The notes beneath the pieces are model-generated. The model saw nothing but the letters and a program-made list of their open reading frames with translations, had not been told where the DNA came from and did no database searches. Of a stretch of 64,000 nucleotides of DNA, positions 20,532-29,920 are shown one piece after another; the stretch's first letter is position 1; every line of letters begins with the position of its first letter. Position numbers and translations under genes: made by a program. The stretch spans positions 1-64,000 of the forward strand of contig JAGXFU010000005.1 of NCBI GenBank assembly GCA_024637115.1, given 5' to 3'. The stretch is from Actinomycetes bacterium (GTDB taxonomy: Bacteria > Actinomycetota > Coriobacteriia > Anaerosomatales > JAGXFU01).

Positions 20532-21935
20532 CTACACCCGTACTCCCGGCTCAACGAGGGGTTCCTCGGCGGGTAGTTCGCGCCCTCGCAGAAGCGTCCA
20601 CGAGGCGAGGACTCCGAGCGCGTAGCAGCCGGCGGTGATGAAGTACGGCAGCGTGTAGGAGTACTCCATGATGCGGCCGCCCAAAACACTGCCGCCGAGC
20701 CATCCAATGCTCCACGCGAAGGCAAACGCCGCAGAGACGACCGGTTTCTCGCGGCTCGGCACGCCCTCCATCGAGAACTGCGCGAACAGCGGCCACGACA
20801 TGTTCATGAGCGCCGTGCGGATCCAAAAGAGTACCGCCGCGACAGGAAAACTGGTTGTGAGCGGGATCGCGATCAGAAACGGCAGTGAGAGTCCCTGCAT
20901 TGCAACAAGTCCCTTGATGAGACCGAGTTTGCGAGCCACGATCGGCCCTCCGAGCGCCGCCACGCCCATTACGAGCATGGAAACGCCCTGGACGATACCG
21001 ACCTGGTCGATTGTCGCTCCGAGCTGGTGTTTGAGGTAGAGGGACACGAAGGGCATCACGAGGCCCGCCCCGAATGCAATGAGCAGTTGCGGCACGAGCA
21101 GGCGCGCCGTGTGGCCCCACGAAGCAAAGCCGCGCATGGTGCGCAGATAGCGCGCCATGGCGTGACGTGGGGTGAGCACGCGCTCTGCGATACCCCAGAG
21201 CGGGATCGCCGAGGACGCCAGGAGCAGCGCTGCCACAGCAACTGTGATGCGATAGGCGTCTACGTCGCTTGCGAAGGTGCGGAACAGCAGCGGGAGGTAG
21301 CCGCCCGCGAGGCTTCCAAAGAAGCCGAGGACCACGCGGCCGACCAGATCGATGCTGAACAGATGCGTGCGTTCCCTCGGAGAGCTGTTGTCCGAGTAGA
21401 AAGCCGACGTCGCGGCCTGCATGACCCCCTCGCCAAGACCGCCTATGAGTCCGAGAGCCAGAAGCACTCCGGTCACCGGAAAGGCGGCCGCGCCAAACCG
21501 CGAGAGCGCAAACGCGAACGCAGCCCCGAGGAACAGCACACGGTACCCAACGACAGCGATGAGCGGAGGGGCGAGCAGACAGACAACGGCCGAGGCGATC
21601 GCAATGGACCCTTCGAATCCGCCAACGACGGTTTCCGACAGCCCGGCGGCCTTGATGTAGATCGCGAACACCGTGATGAGCATGCCGAGTCCGGCGTTTT
21701 GCAGTGAGTGTGCGACAACAAGCCGTCTCGCATTGGGTGTGAACCCGGCGATGGCGTCGCGATAGTCAGCAAGCGCGCGGATGAAGCCCTTGCGGGCACG
21801 AGCAATCACAGTGGCGTCCCTCCACTCGACGGGCGCACTCAAGGTACACCCATCCTCAAGCGGTTGCGAATGCATAGTAGACACCCTGAATCGCAGAACG
21901 CCATCGACTTTGTGAGCTCGATGACGAATCGTCAT
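20532..21935 (-). CDS. MFS transporter (12 TM)
   Basis: 467-aa polytopic protein with MFS-type loop motifs (GRVVLGFFGSLAGG, ...ARKLGL). Confidence 0.75.
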   Translation of the reverse strand: MTIRHRAHKVDGVLRFRVSTMHSQPLEDGCTLSAPVEWRDATVIARARKGFIRALADYRDAIAGFTPNARRLVVAHSLQNAGLGMLITVFAIYIKAAGLSETVVGGFEGSIAIASAVVCLLAPPLIAVVGYRVLFLGAAFAFALSRFGAAAFPVTGVLLALGLIGGLGEGVMQAATSAFYSDNSSPRERTHLFSIDLVGRVVLGFFGSLAGGYLPLLFRTFASDVDAYRITVAVAALLLASSAIPLWGIAERVLTPRHAMARYLRTMRGFASWGHTARLLVPQLLIAFGAGLVMPFVSLYLKHQLGATIDQVGIVQGVSMLVMGVAALGGPIVARKLGLIKGLVAMQGLSLPFLIAIPLTTSFPVAAVLFWIRTALMNMSWPLFAQFSMEGVPSREKPVVSAAFAFAWSIGWLGGSVLGGRIMEYSYTLPYFITAGCYALGVLASWTLLRGRELPAEEPLVEPGVRV

Positions 21936-21995
21936 GTTCCTTCGTTCTCAGCGAATGTGCTAAGGAGAAATATGGAATGATACGATATACATCTT

Positions 21996-22652
21996 ATGCG
22001 CCTGAACAGGCGCAACGGGGGTATGGATTCGGACCCGGCGTGTGCCGGGTTCGTTCACGCAGGGAGAGGACCTCTGATGGACGTCGTTGCGACAGCAATC
22101 AGCAGCAGCACGCTTCTCGTGTTCTACGTCATGCTCTGTCTCGGGACTGGTCTGTGGTTCATCCTCTCCCTTGTATTTGGCGAGGCCACCGACATGATCA
22201 GCGACGCCATCGATGGCGTTGAATTTGGCGATGCCGACGACGGTGGAAACGTACTATCGGTCCGTAACATATTGCTGTTCTGCATGGGTTTCGGGGGCGG
22301 TGGTGCGATTGCCGTCTCACTGGGTGCAGGCCTTTGGGGTTCGATCGTTGCCGGAACAGGAGGCGGTCTGGCCATCGCAGCGGTGGGAATCGTATTCTTT
22401 CGCATGCTGCGACGCCAGGAGGCAACAACGGGCTACGACTCGAACCTGCTTGCGGGTGCGACGGGCACCGTCACCCTCGCGATAACACCTGGACGCACCG
22501 GTGAGATTTCAGTGAGGGATAACCGCGGAGCGGCAGTGCGTCTGAGTGCCACGGCATCCAAAGACGTCAGCGAAGTGCTCAATGTAGGAGCTGTAGTCAC
22601 GATCAAATCGATTCACGACGGAACGGCCATCATCGTTCCGGTCGACGAGTAA
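21996..22652 (+). CDS. NfeD-like membrane protein (short form, C-terminal OB-fold), partner of flotillin
   Basis: N-terminal TM helices plus a C-terminal beta-rich domain (GTVTLAITPGRTGEISV...AVVTIKSI). Directly upstream of the flotillin gene with GGAGGA before the latter. The true start is probably internal (M at ~22077). Confidence 0.6.
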   Translation: MRLNRRNGGMDSDPACAGFVHAGRGPLMDVVATAISSSTLLVFYVMLCLGTGLWFILSLVFGEATDMISDAIDGVEFGDADDGGNVLSVRNILLFCMGFGGGGAIAVSLGAGLWGSIVAGTGGGLAIAAVGIVFFRMLRRQEATTGYDSNLLAGATGTVTLAITPGRTGEISVRDNRGAAVRLSATASKDVSEVLNVGAVVTIKSIHDGTAIIVPVDE

Positions 22653-22683
22653 TCTACCCGGTCCATCCGCAGGGAGGAAAACG

Positions 22684-24567
22684 ATGTTCGAAGGGCTGGA
22701 TTTGACGGTGTTCGTTATTCCGTTCGTTGTCCTAGTCATCCTGGTCGCGCTGTTTGCGGTCGTGCGGACGGTGGCCCGAAACTGGATCACCGTCCCGCCA
22801 AACGCAGTGGCTGTGGTGTTCGGGCGCCGATACGGAAACAAGGGCTACCGTGTGGTCACGGGCGGTGGTTTCTTTCGTCTACCTATCATCGAGTCGGTGC
22901 AATGGGTGGACCTCTCGCTCATCAGTTTTGCGGTCGTGGTGAAGGACGTCCCCGATCGCAACGGTGTGCTCGTAAGTGTCGACGGCATCGCAAACGTGAA
23001 GATTTCCTCAGACGAAGGCAAACTCCTCTCGGCGATCGAGCGTTTCCTGGGTCGACCGAACACCGAGATCGAGCGCGTTGCCAAAGAGAACCTCGAGGCC
23101 AACCTCAGAGGTATCGTTGGCACGCTCACTGTTGAGCAGCTCATTGGCGAACGTGGCGAGTTCATGTCCCGCGTGAAGACCGAAGCCGCACAAGACCTGG
23201 CCGCGCTCGGCCTGGATGTCGAACTTTTCAACATCCAGAACATCACCGACGCCCGCGGATACATCGAGGCGCTCGGCCGCAAGCAGACCGCCGAGGTCAT
23301 CAAGAACGCCAAGATCGGCGAGGCTCAGGCGCAGCGGGACTCTGACATTGAGACCGCCAACGCTCTCCGCGCAGGTTCGATTGCCAAAGCGAAGGCCGAG
23401 GAAGAGATCTCCAACGCCGACCGTGAGCGCGACGTCGTTCGTGCCAGCAACGCATCTCAGATTCAGGCCGAAGAAGCTCGTGTGCAGATCCGCGCCGATC
23501 AGGCGGCTGCCGAGGAGCGGGCCATTCTCAACCAGAAAGAAGTCGCAGCAGACGAGGCCAAGGTTCGCGCCGAAGTCGACCTGCAAGATGTGATTCGTCA
23601 GAAGAACGAAGCTGCCGAAGAAGCAACCACAATCGTCATCGCCCGCAAGACGGCTGAAGCCAAGGTCATCGAGGCGGACGGTGATCACAAGGCTGCGACC
23701 ATGCGAGGAGAGGCACTTCGCATCGAGGCTGCGAAGGCCGGTGAAGGGTCCCGCGACAAGATGACGGCGGAGTCGGAAGGCCGCAAGGCACAGGCCGCGG
23801 CAATGCAGTCAGAGAAGGAAGCCGAAGCTGCCGGTCAAGAAGCGATGTATCGCGCGGAGGCCGCAGGACTCCGGGAGCGTGGCCTTGCCGAGGCTGCAGC
23901 GGACCGCGAGCGTGGCCTGGCGAACGCCGAGGCAGCCAAGGCCGGATTCCTTGCAGAGGCCGAGGGAGTGCGCGAAAAGGCAGAAGCGTACCGCCAGCTC
24001 GAAGAGAGCGGCAAGTTCATGCTCGTGATTGAGAATGCTCCTGCGATCATCGAGTCGATCGGTGCCGCCCTCGCGAGCGTCATGACCCCCGCAGCCGGCG
24101 CTATCGGCGAGGGCCTTGCGAACGTGGGCAACATCGAGATTCTCGACATGGGAGGCAACGGAAGCTCCGGCGATGGCACGACCGCGCTTGGTCGCTTCAT
24201 GAACTCCCCCGTCGATGCGGTGTGGCGCATGCTCAAGATGGTCAATGCCTACGGCATGACAGAGGCCGTGGGAGACCTGCTTGAGAAGGCAGGGATCGAT
24301 CCGTCTGCAATGCTTCGCTCAACGGGCGAGAACAAGATCGATGTGGCGGCCCTGCTCGGAGGGCTGAGTGACTTGGACCCGGCTGACCGTGAAAAGCTGA
24401 TGTCCGCACTTTCGACACTCGTAGCGCCCAATGCGAAGCCTGCGGCACCGCAGAAGAACCCGGCTCCCAAGCCTCGTCCTACTGCGGCAAAGCCAGAACC
24501 GGCCCCAAAGCCGGAGCCCGAGGCACCCCGCCCACGGCCCGTCGATGAGACATTCACCGCCGAGTAG
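22684..24567 (+). CDS. floT: Flotillin-like SPFH/band-7 protein (FloT/YuaG-like) with a long A/E-rich coiled-coil and a Pro-rich C-terminus
   Basis: 627 aa: an N-terminal TM segment, an SPFH domain, an extended EA-repeat coiled-coil and a PxPKP-rich tail. Confidence 0.85.
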   Translation: MFEGLDLTVFVIPFVVLVILVALFAVVRTVARNWITVPPNAVAVVFGRRYGNKGYRVVTGGGFFRLPIIESVQWVDLSLISFAVVVKDVPDRNGVLVSVDGIANVKISSDEGKLLSAIERFLGRPNTEIERVAKENLEANLRGIVGTLTVEQLIGERGEFMSRVKTEAAQDLAALGLDVELFNIQNITDARGYIEALGRKQTAEVIKNAKIGEAQAQRDSDIETANALRAGSIAKAKAEEEISNADRERDVVRASNASQIQAEEARVQIRADQAAAEERAILNQKEVAADEAKVRAEVDLQDVIRQKNEAAEEATTIVIARKTAEAKVIEADGDHKAATMRGEALRIEAAKAGEGSRDKMTAESEGRKAQAAAMQSEKEAEAAGQEAMYRAEAAGLRERGLAEAAADRERGLANAEAAKAGFLAEAEGVREKAEAYRQLEESGKFMLVIENAPAIIESIGAALASVMTPAAGAIGEGLANVGNIEILDMGGNGSSGDGTTALGRFMNSPVDAVWRMLKMVNAYGMTEAVGDLLEKAGIDPSAMLRSTGENKIDVAALLGGLSDLDPADREKLMSALSTLVAPNAKPAAPQKNPAPKPRPTAAKPEPAPKPEPEAPRPRPVDETFTAE

Positions 24568-24590
24568 GCAGCGAGTCACCAAGAAATCAG

Positions 24591-24626
24591 AAGAGCCCGT
24601 GGACCGTTTCCGGTCCCCGGGCTCTT
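24591..24626. terminator. Nested GC-rich hairpin between convergent floT and lysA, likely a bidirectional intrinsic terminator
   Basis: AAGAGCCCG-T-GGACCG-TTTC-CGGTCC-C-CGGGCTCTT with T-rich flanks on both strands. Lies between the two stop codons (24567 and 24662). Confidence 0.5.
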
Positions 24627-24661
24627 GTCTTTGCCTTGTGGCAGCTGTCGGGTAATGACGG

Positions 24662-26077
24662 CTACTCGACGTCCTGCGCCATGAGGTCAGCGTATGTCTC
24701 ACGCTTCACTGTCCAGCGCCACTCCCCTTCGTTCACGAACACAACCCCGGGGCGAACCTGCTTGTTGTAGTTGCTCGACATCGACTGGCAGTATGCACCC
24801 GTTGCACACACGCACAGAATGTCGCCTGACTCCGGGCACTGAAGCGGGGCATCATGAACCAGGATGTCGCCACTCTCACAGTGCTTGCCTGCAACGGTAG
24901 CGATCATCTCACGCGGCTTGTCGGCCTTGTTCGCGATCAGCGCCTCGTAGTGCGCGTCATAGAGCGAGGGGCGGATGTTGTCGGACATGCCGCCATCAAC
25001 GGCAACGTACGTGCGGATGTTCGGAATCTCCTTGATCGACCCGACGGTGTAGAGCGTGACCCCTGCGTTGGCAACGATCGAGCGTCCCGGCTCGACCATC
25101 ATCTTGGGAACCGGCAATCCATGCTCCTCGCAGTGCTCCTTGATCCCGTCGACCACGACCTTGCCGTAGTCCTTGATCGTAGAAGGCTCATCCGGGAGGC
25201 CGTAGGCAATGCCCAGTCCCCCACCGGTATCGAGTTCGCGGATCGTGTGGCCGGTCTCATCGCGTATCTCCTGCATGAAGTGAACCGCGACCTCGATCGC
25301 CGCCGAGAATGAATGCAACGCAAAGATCTGTGAACCGATATGCATGTGCAGACCGGCGAGGTCGATTCCCGGCAACTCAAGGGCATGCTTCACCGCACGC
25401 ATGGCAAGACCCTCGGCAAGGCCGAATCCGAACTTGCTGTCCTCTTGTCCCGTCTGGATGAAATCATGCGTGTCCGCCTCGATACCCGGCGTCACGCGAA
25501 TCAGAATCGACTGCTTCACACCACGCGCCTCGGCGATGGCGGAGAGGCGGTCCATCTCAAAGAGAGAGTCAACGACCAGGCGACCCACGCCGGCATCGAC
25601 GCACTCCTCGAGTTCGTAGTCGGTCTTGTTGTTGCCGTGTACCTGCACGCGCTCCATGGGGAACTCCGCACGGATCGCGTATGCGAGTTCGCCTCCCGAA
25701 GCACACAGGAGCGAACAGCCCTCCTCGGCAACGAGACGGGCCATCTGGAGCGAGAGAAACGCCTTCCCCGCGTAGATGACGTCGACGTCTTTCCAGTGGT
25801 AGCGCGTCCACTTCACATACTCGCGAAGCTGGTGGCGAATGTGCTGCTCGTCCATGACGTAGAGCGCCGTTCCCGCCTCATGCGCGAGCTCGACCGTATC
25901 GACACCACCGATGAACAGGTGTCCGTCCTTGACCGTGGCGGTCATGGGCAGAACGCTCGCAAGATCGGCGGCGGTCTTCTGGTCCGGTACCGCAGGTGGA
26001 CGCGGCGCTGACGGCTTTCCCATGACATGGCCCCTCTCGATCACGCGTCCCGCGTGGGCGGATCGCGCATTCAACAT
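24662..26077 (-). CDS. lysA: Diaminopimelate decarboxylase
   Basis: Fold-III PLP decarboxylase motifs (YAGKAF, HMHIGSQ, EPGRSIVANAG, CESGD), 471 aa. The true start is probably the internal ATG at ~26023. Confidence 0.9.
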   Translation of the reverse strand: MLNARSAHAGRVIERGHVMGKPSAPRPPAVPDQKTAADLASVLPMTATVKDGHLFIGGVDTVELAHEAGTALYVMDEQHIRHQLREYVKWTRYHWKDVDVIYAGKAFLSLQMARLVAEEGCSLLCASGGELAYAIRAEFPMERVQVHGNNKTDYELEECVDAGVGRLVVDSLFEMDRLSAIAEARGVKQSILIRVTPGIEADTHDFIQTGQEDSKFGFGLAEGLAMRAVKHALELPGIDLAGLHMHIGSQIFALHSFSAAIEVAVHFMQEIRDETGHTIRELDTGGGLGIAYGLPDEPSTIKDYGKVVVDGIKEHCEEHGLPVPKMMVEPGRSIVANAGVTLYTVGSIKEIPNIRTYVAVDGGMSDNIRPSLYDAHYEALIANKADKPREMIATVAGKHCESGDILVHDAPLQCPESGDILCVCATGAYCQSMSSNYNKQVRPGVVFVNEGEWRWTVKRETYADLMAQDVE

Positions 26078-26134
26078 TGGAGTTAGTATATGCTAAAGCA
26101 CTATATTCGCAAGTACTCTAGCAGCCGAGGAGCC

Positions 26135-27955
26135 CTACATCCGCTCCGGGGCACTCACTCCCACGAGTGAGAGTACGAGCGCGAGAACGATCCTCGTTGC
26201 ATCTGCAGCGTACAACCGAGCGGCAGTAAGTTCGGGCTCATCCGGGTCCACGACTCTGCACTGCGTGTAGAACTGGTGGAACGATGCTGCAAGGTCTTCG
26301 GCGTAGCGCGTGAGCTTGTAGGGTGCGAGCTGTGTCGCTGCGACCTCAACTACCTCTTCAAACTCAGCGAGCTTGCGCATCAACGATAGCTCGGCTTCGG
26401 TTTCGAGCAGGTTAAGGCTGGCGCATGGGTCGATCGAATCGCGAGAGAGCGCCGCGATATCCACCGTCTCGTCGTTGGTTTCCGCACCCGCAGCCTTACG
26501 AAGGATCGCGCAGATACGCGCATGCGCGTACTGCACGTAGTAGACAGGATTCTCGCTCGACTGCTCCTTGGCGAGCTCGATATCGAAATCGAGCGGCTGA
26601 TCTGTCGAGCGCCGCAAGAAGAAGTAGCGGGTGGCATCCACCCCGACGTCTGACAGCAGCTCCTCGAACGTGACCATCTCGCCGGTACGCTTTGACATGC
26701 GCACCACTTCACCTGCGCGGAACAGGTTCACGAGCTGGCCGATCACCAGGGTAAGCTGACCCGGATGGCCAAGAGCCGCCGCTGCGGCCTCCATACGCTT
26801 GATGTAGCCGTGATGGTCCGCGCCCCACAGGTCGATCACGCGATCGAATCCGCGATCGAACTTGTTCTTGTGGTACGCGATGTCCGCTGCGAAGTACGTG
26901 TAGGATCCGTCGGCCTTCTTGAGGACCCGGTCTTTGTCATCGTCGAAGTCCGTGGTGCGGAACCACGTGGCGCCGTCCTTCTCATAGATGTAACCGGCTT
27001 CGCGCAGAGTATCGATGGTCGACTCGACTGCAGTGAGTTCGGATTCGGGATCGATTTCATGAAGCGTGCGTTCTGAGAACCACACATCGAACTCAACACC
27101 CATACCGCGAAGTACGTGTTCGACGTGTGCAAGTACCTGCTTGTATGCGCGCTCCTTGAAGTGCGCCTCGCGTTCCTGAGCGCTTGCATCCGCCCATGAG
27201 TCGCCTTCATCGGCGCGGATCTCCTCGGCGATCTCGGCGATGTAGCCACCGCGGTAGCCGTCCTCAGGAAACTCGGACTCACGACCGCATAGTTCCATAT
27301 AGCGAGCAGAGACACTCGCCGCGAAGGTGTCCATCTGAACGCCGGCATCGTTGACGTAGAACTCGCGCTCGACCGTGTAGCCCGCGTGGGTCAGGACGCG
27401 CGCAATCGCATCCCCGAGCGCGGCCCAGCGGCCGTGGCCGACGTGCATGGGGCCCACGGGGTTGGCTGAAACGAATTCGACCTGCCACTTCGCCCCCGCT
27501 CCGATGTCCAGGCGCCCGAAATCAGCACCCTTGTCACGCGCCTCCACGAGAACCCGCTGTAGTGCGACCGGAGACAGTCTGATGTTGATGAAGCCCGGTC
27601 CGGCGACCTCGACGACATCGATATCCGGATGATCACTGATGCGTGTAGCGATTACCTCGGCGATCTGCCGAGGGTTCATCTTGGCCAGTTTGGCTGATTG
27701 CATGGCAACGTTGGTCGCCCAGTCACCGTGGGTGGCGTCACGCGGTCGCTCAAGATGCGGCTCGGGAATCTGCTCGAGCGACAACTCGCCGGCTTCGCAT
27801 GCTGCGTACATCGCGTCCTTGATAAGAGACGACAAAGTCTCAATCACGTGTAGCGCTCCTCGGAAACTCCTGGACAATGGGATACACAGAATACCGCTGT
27901 GCCGCACACGCGGCAACGAATGGGGAAAGGAGGAGTGTGACAACAGATCGAACAT
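26135..27955 (-). CDS. argS: Arginine--tRNA ligase
   Basis: HIGH motif (PMHVGHGRW) and class-I KMSK-type region (RMSKRTGE), with anticodon-binding and add-1 domains. The likely real start is GTG at 27847, which has a GAGGAG Shine-Dalgarno. The listed ORF includes an N-terminal extension. Confidence 0.9.
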   Translation of the reverse strand: MFDLLSHSSFPHSLPRVRHSGILCIPLSRSFRGALHVIETLSSLIKDAMYAACEAGELSLEQIPEPHLERPRDATHGDWATNVAMQSAKLAKMNPRQIAEVIATRISDHPDIDVVEVAGPGFINIRLSPVALQRVLVEARDKGADFGRLDIGAGAKWQVEFVSANPVGPMHVGHGRWAALGDAIARVLTHAGYTVEREFYVNDAGVQMDTFAASVSARYMELCGRESEFPEDGYRGGYIAEIAEEIRADEGDSWADASAQEREAHFKERAYKQVLAHVEHVLRGMGVEFDVWFSERTLHEIDPESELTAVESTIDTLREAGYIYEKDGATWFRTTDFDDDKDRVLKKADGSYTYFAADIAYHKNKFDRGFDRVIDLWGADHHGYIKRMEAAAAALGHPGQLTLVIGQLVNLFRAGEVVRMSKRTGEMVTFEELLSDVGVDATRYFFLRRSTDQPLDFDIELAKEQSSENPVYYVQYAHARICAILRKAAGAETNDETVDIAALSRDSIDPCASLNLLETEAELSLMRKLAEFEEVVEVAATQLAPYKLTRYAEDLAASFHQFYTQCRVVDPDEPELTAARLYAADATRIVLALVLSLVGVSAPERM

Positions 27956-28017
27956 GGCATAGGGATGATGCTTGTTCCTCCGGTGCTGCGCGAATTACCA
28001 TCATATTCCATACGCTC

Positions 28018-28036
28018 ACGGAGCGCTGCGCTCCGT
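28018..28036 (+). promoter_or_regulatory. GC-rich inverted repeat ACGGAGC-GCTGC-GCTCCGT followed by TTTGCC, in the divergent argS/fhs intergenic region ~165 nt upstream of fhs
   Basis: Read from the sequence. Could be an operator, a leader hairpin or an attenuator. No riboswitch consensus recognised. Confidence 0.25.
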
Positions 28037-28199
28037 TTGCCGAGAGACGACGCCATTGGAGGGGAGCAACGATGCGTCGGCGAGCGGTCACCAGTAGTCT
28101 TACTGCACTGCCTTGGAATCGCCGTTCTGTACCCGTTGCCAGCGGGTTCTCACATATCAACTGTCCCAATATCACGCTATCTGTGGAGGTATCGGTCCA

Positions 28200-29894
28200 A
28201 TGAAATCCGATTTGCAGATCGCTCAGGAGTCGCCGCTTCGGCTTATCACAGAGGTTGCCTCGGAAATCGGGATCTCCGAGGATCATCTGGAACTGTACGG
28301 TCGCTACAAGGCCAAAGTGTCCCTCGACGTGCTCGAGGCGCTCGCCGACCGTCCTCAAGGCCGCTATGTCGACATCACCGCCGTCAATCCCACGCCTCTG
28401 GGCGAGGGAAAGACCGTCACCACCGTGGGTTTGGGCCAGGCGCTCAAGCACATCGGTAAGAACGTGATCACCTGCATCCGCCAGCCTTCGCTCGGTCCGG
28501 TGTTCGGCATCAAGGGTGGAGCGGCCGGTGGTGGCTACTCACAGGTCATCCCCATGGAGGACTTCAATCTCCACCTGACCGGCGATGTACATGCAGTCTC
28601 GATCGCCAATAATCTGTTGGCGGCCTACATCGACAACCACATCTACCAGGGCAACGACCTGGACATCGACCCACACTCCATCACGTGGCGCAGAGTCGTT
28701 GATCTCAACGACCGCGCTTTGCGAAACACCGTGGTCGGTCTCGGTGGCGCGCTCGATGGCGTACCACGCGAGACCGGGTTTGATATCGCGGTCGCGAGCG
28801 AGGTCATGGCGATTCTGGCCATGGCGACGGACCTGCAGGATCTGCGCGCCCGCCTCGGCCGTATCGTGATCGGCATGAACCGCGCCGGCCAGCCGGTAAC
28901 CGCCGAGGACCTCAAGTGCGCAGGCTCAATGGCCGTGCTCATGAAAGACGCGATCAAGCCCACACTCATGCAGAACCTCGAAGGTGGAGCAGTCTTTGTC
29001 CATGCGGGACCGTTCGCGAACATCGCGCAGGGCAACAACTCGATCATCGCAGACAAGATAGCGCTCAAGATCGCCGACTACGTGGTCACCGAGTCTGGCT
29101 TTGGCGCAGACATGGGTGCTGAGAAGTTCATGAACATCAAGTGCCGCGCATCCGGGCTCCGTCCCGACTGCGCAGTGATCGTGGCCACGGTGCGAGCCGT
29201 CAAGGCAGCCTCGGGCCGCTTTGAGGTCACTCCCGGCAAGCCGCTCGATGAGCGCCTCCAGCGCGAGGATCTCGAGAGCCTCACCGAAGGCATCGTGAAC
29301 CTGGAAAAGCATGTCGAGAACATGAAGAAGTTCGGTATCCCCGTGGTTGTGGTTGTGAACTCCTTCCCCACAGATACCGAGACCGAACATGACTTCATCA
29401 AGCAACGCGGACTCGCGGCAGGTGCGGATTTCGCCGTCGTACATCATGTGCACGCCGATGGTGGCGCTGGCGGCGAAGAACTGGCCCGTGCGGTCGTGGA
29501 GGCCTGCGAGCTTCCCAAAGAGTTCACGTTCCTCTACCCCGATGACGCGTCGATCAAAGAGAAGATCGAGTCGATCGCGACCGAGATCTACGGAGCTGAT
29601 GGCGTGGACTACCTGCCTGCGGCTGAGGCAAAAATCAAGCTCTACACCGAATTGGGCTACTCGGACCTGCCGATCTGCATGGCCAAGACGCATCTCTCAC
29701 TTTCGCACGACCCGACACTCAAGGGTCGGCCCACCGGGTGGAGACTCCCGATCCGGGACATTCGGGCGAGCGTGGGTGCCGGGTTCCTGTATCCGCTCTG
29801 TGGCGACATGCGCACAATGCCCGGTCTGCCCAAGACGCCTGCCGGCGATTCGATCGACATCGACCCGGAAGGGAATATCGTCGGCCTCTTCTAA
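28200..29894 (+). CDS. fhs: Formate--tetrahydrofolate ligase
   Basis: Start at the internal ATG (residue 30 of the tracked ORF), preceded by GGAGGT. P-loop TPLGEGKTTT and conserved FTHFS regions, 564 aa. Confidence 0.95.
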   Translation: MKSDLQIAQESPLRLITEVASEIGISEDHLELYGRYKAKVSLDVLEALADRPQGRYVDITAVNPTPLGEGKTVTTVGLGQALKHIGKNVITCIRQPSLGPVFGIKGGAAGGGYSQVIPMEDFNLHLTGDVHAVSIANNLLAAYIDNHIYQGNDLDIDPHSITWRRVVDLNDRALRNTVVGLGGALDGVPRETGFDIAVASEVMAILAMATDLQDLRARLGRIVIGMNRAGQPVTAEDLKCAGSMAVLMKDAIKPTLMQNLEGGAVFVHAGPFANIAQGNNSIIADKIALKIADYVVTESGFGADMGAEKFMNIKCRASGLRPDCAVIVATVRAVKAASGRFEVTPGKPLDERLQREDLESLTEGIVNLEKHVENMKKFGIPVVVVVNSFPTDTETEHDFIKQRGLAAGADFAVVHHVHADGGAGGEELARAVVEACELPKEFTFLYPDDASIKEKIESIATEIYGADGVDYLPAAEAKIKLYTELGYSDLPICMAKTHLSLSHDPTLKGRPTGWRLPIRDIRASVGAGFLYPLCGDMRTMPGLPKTPAGDSIDIDPEGNIVGLF

Positions 29895-29920
29895 GAAGAC
29901 TCGGAAACGGACGTACTCCC

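Noticed and set aside
27956-28199. ZTP (pfl) or THF riboswitch upstream of fhs/folD
   Set aside because: These riboswitches commonly precede fhs, folD and glyA, so the leader was inspected. The conserved ZTP pseudoknot elements (GGGUCGUGAC / CCGCCUGGGCA-like) and THF core were not found. folD and glyA have essentially no 5' leader here.
27840-28451. 203-aa minus-strand ORF spanning the argS/fhs intergenic region
   Set aside because: It runs antisense through the fhs start and Shine-Dalgarno, has no motifs, and would overlap both flanking genes. Judged a GC-rich artifact.
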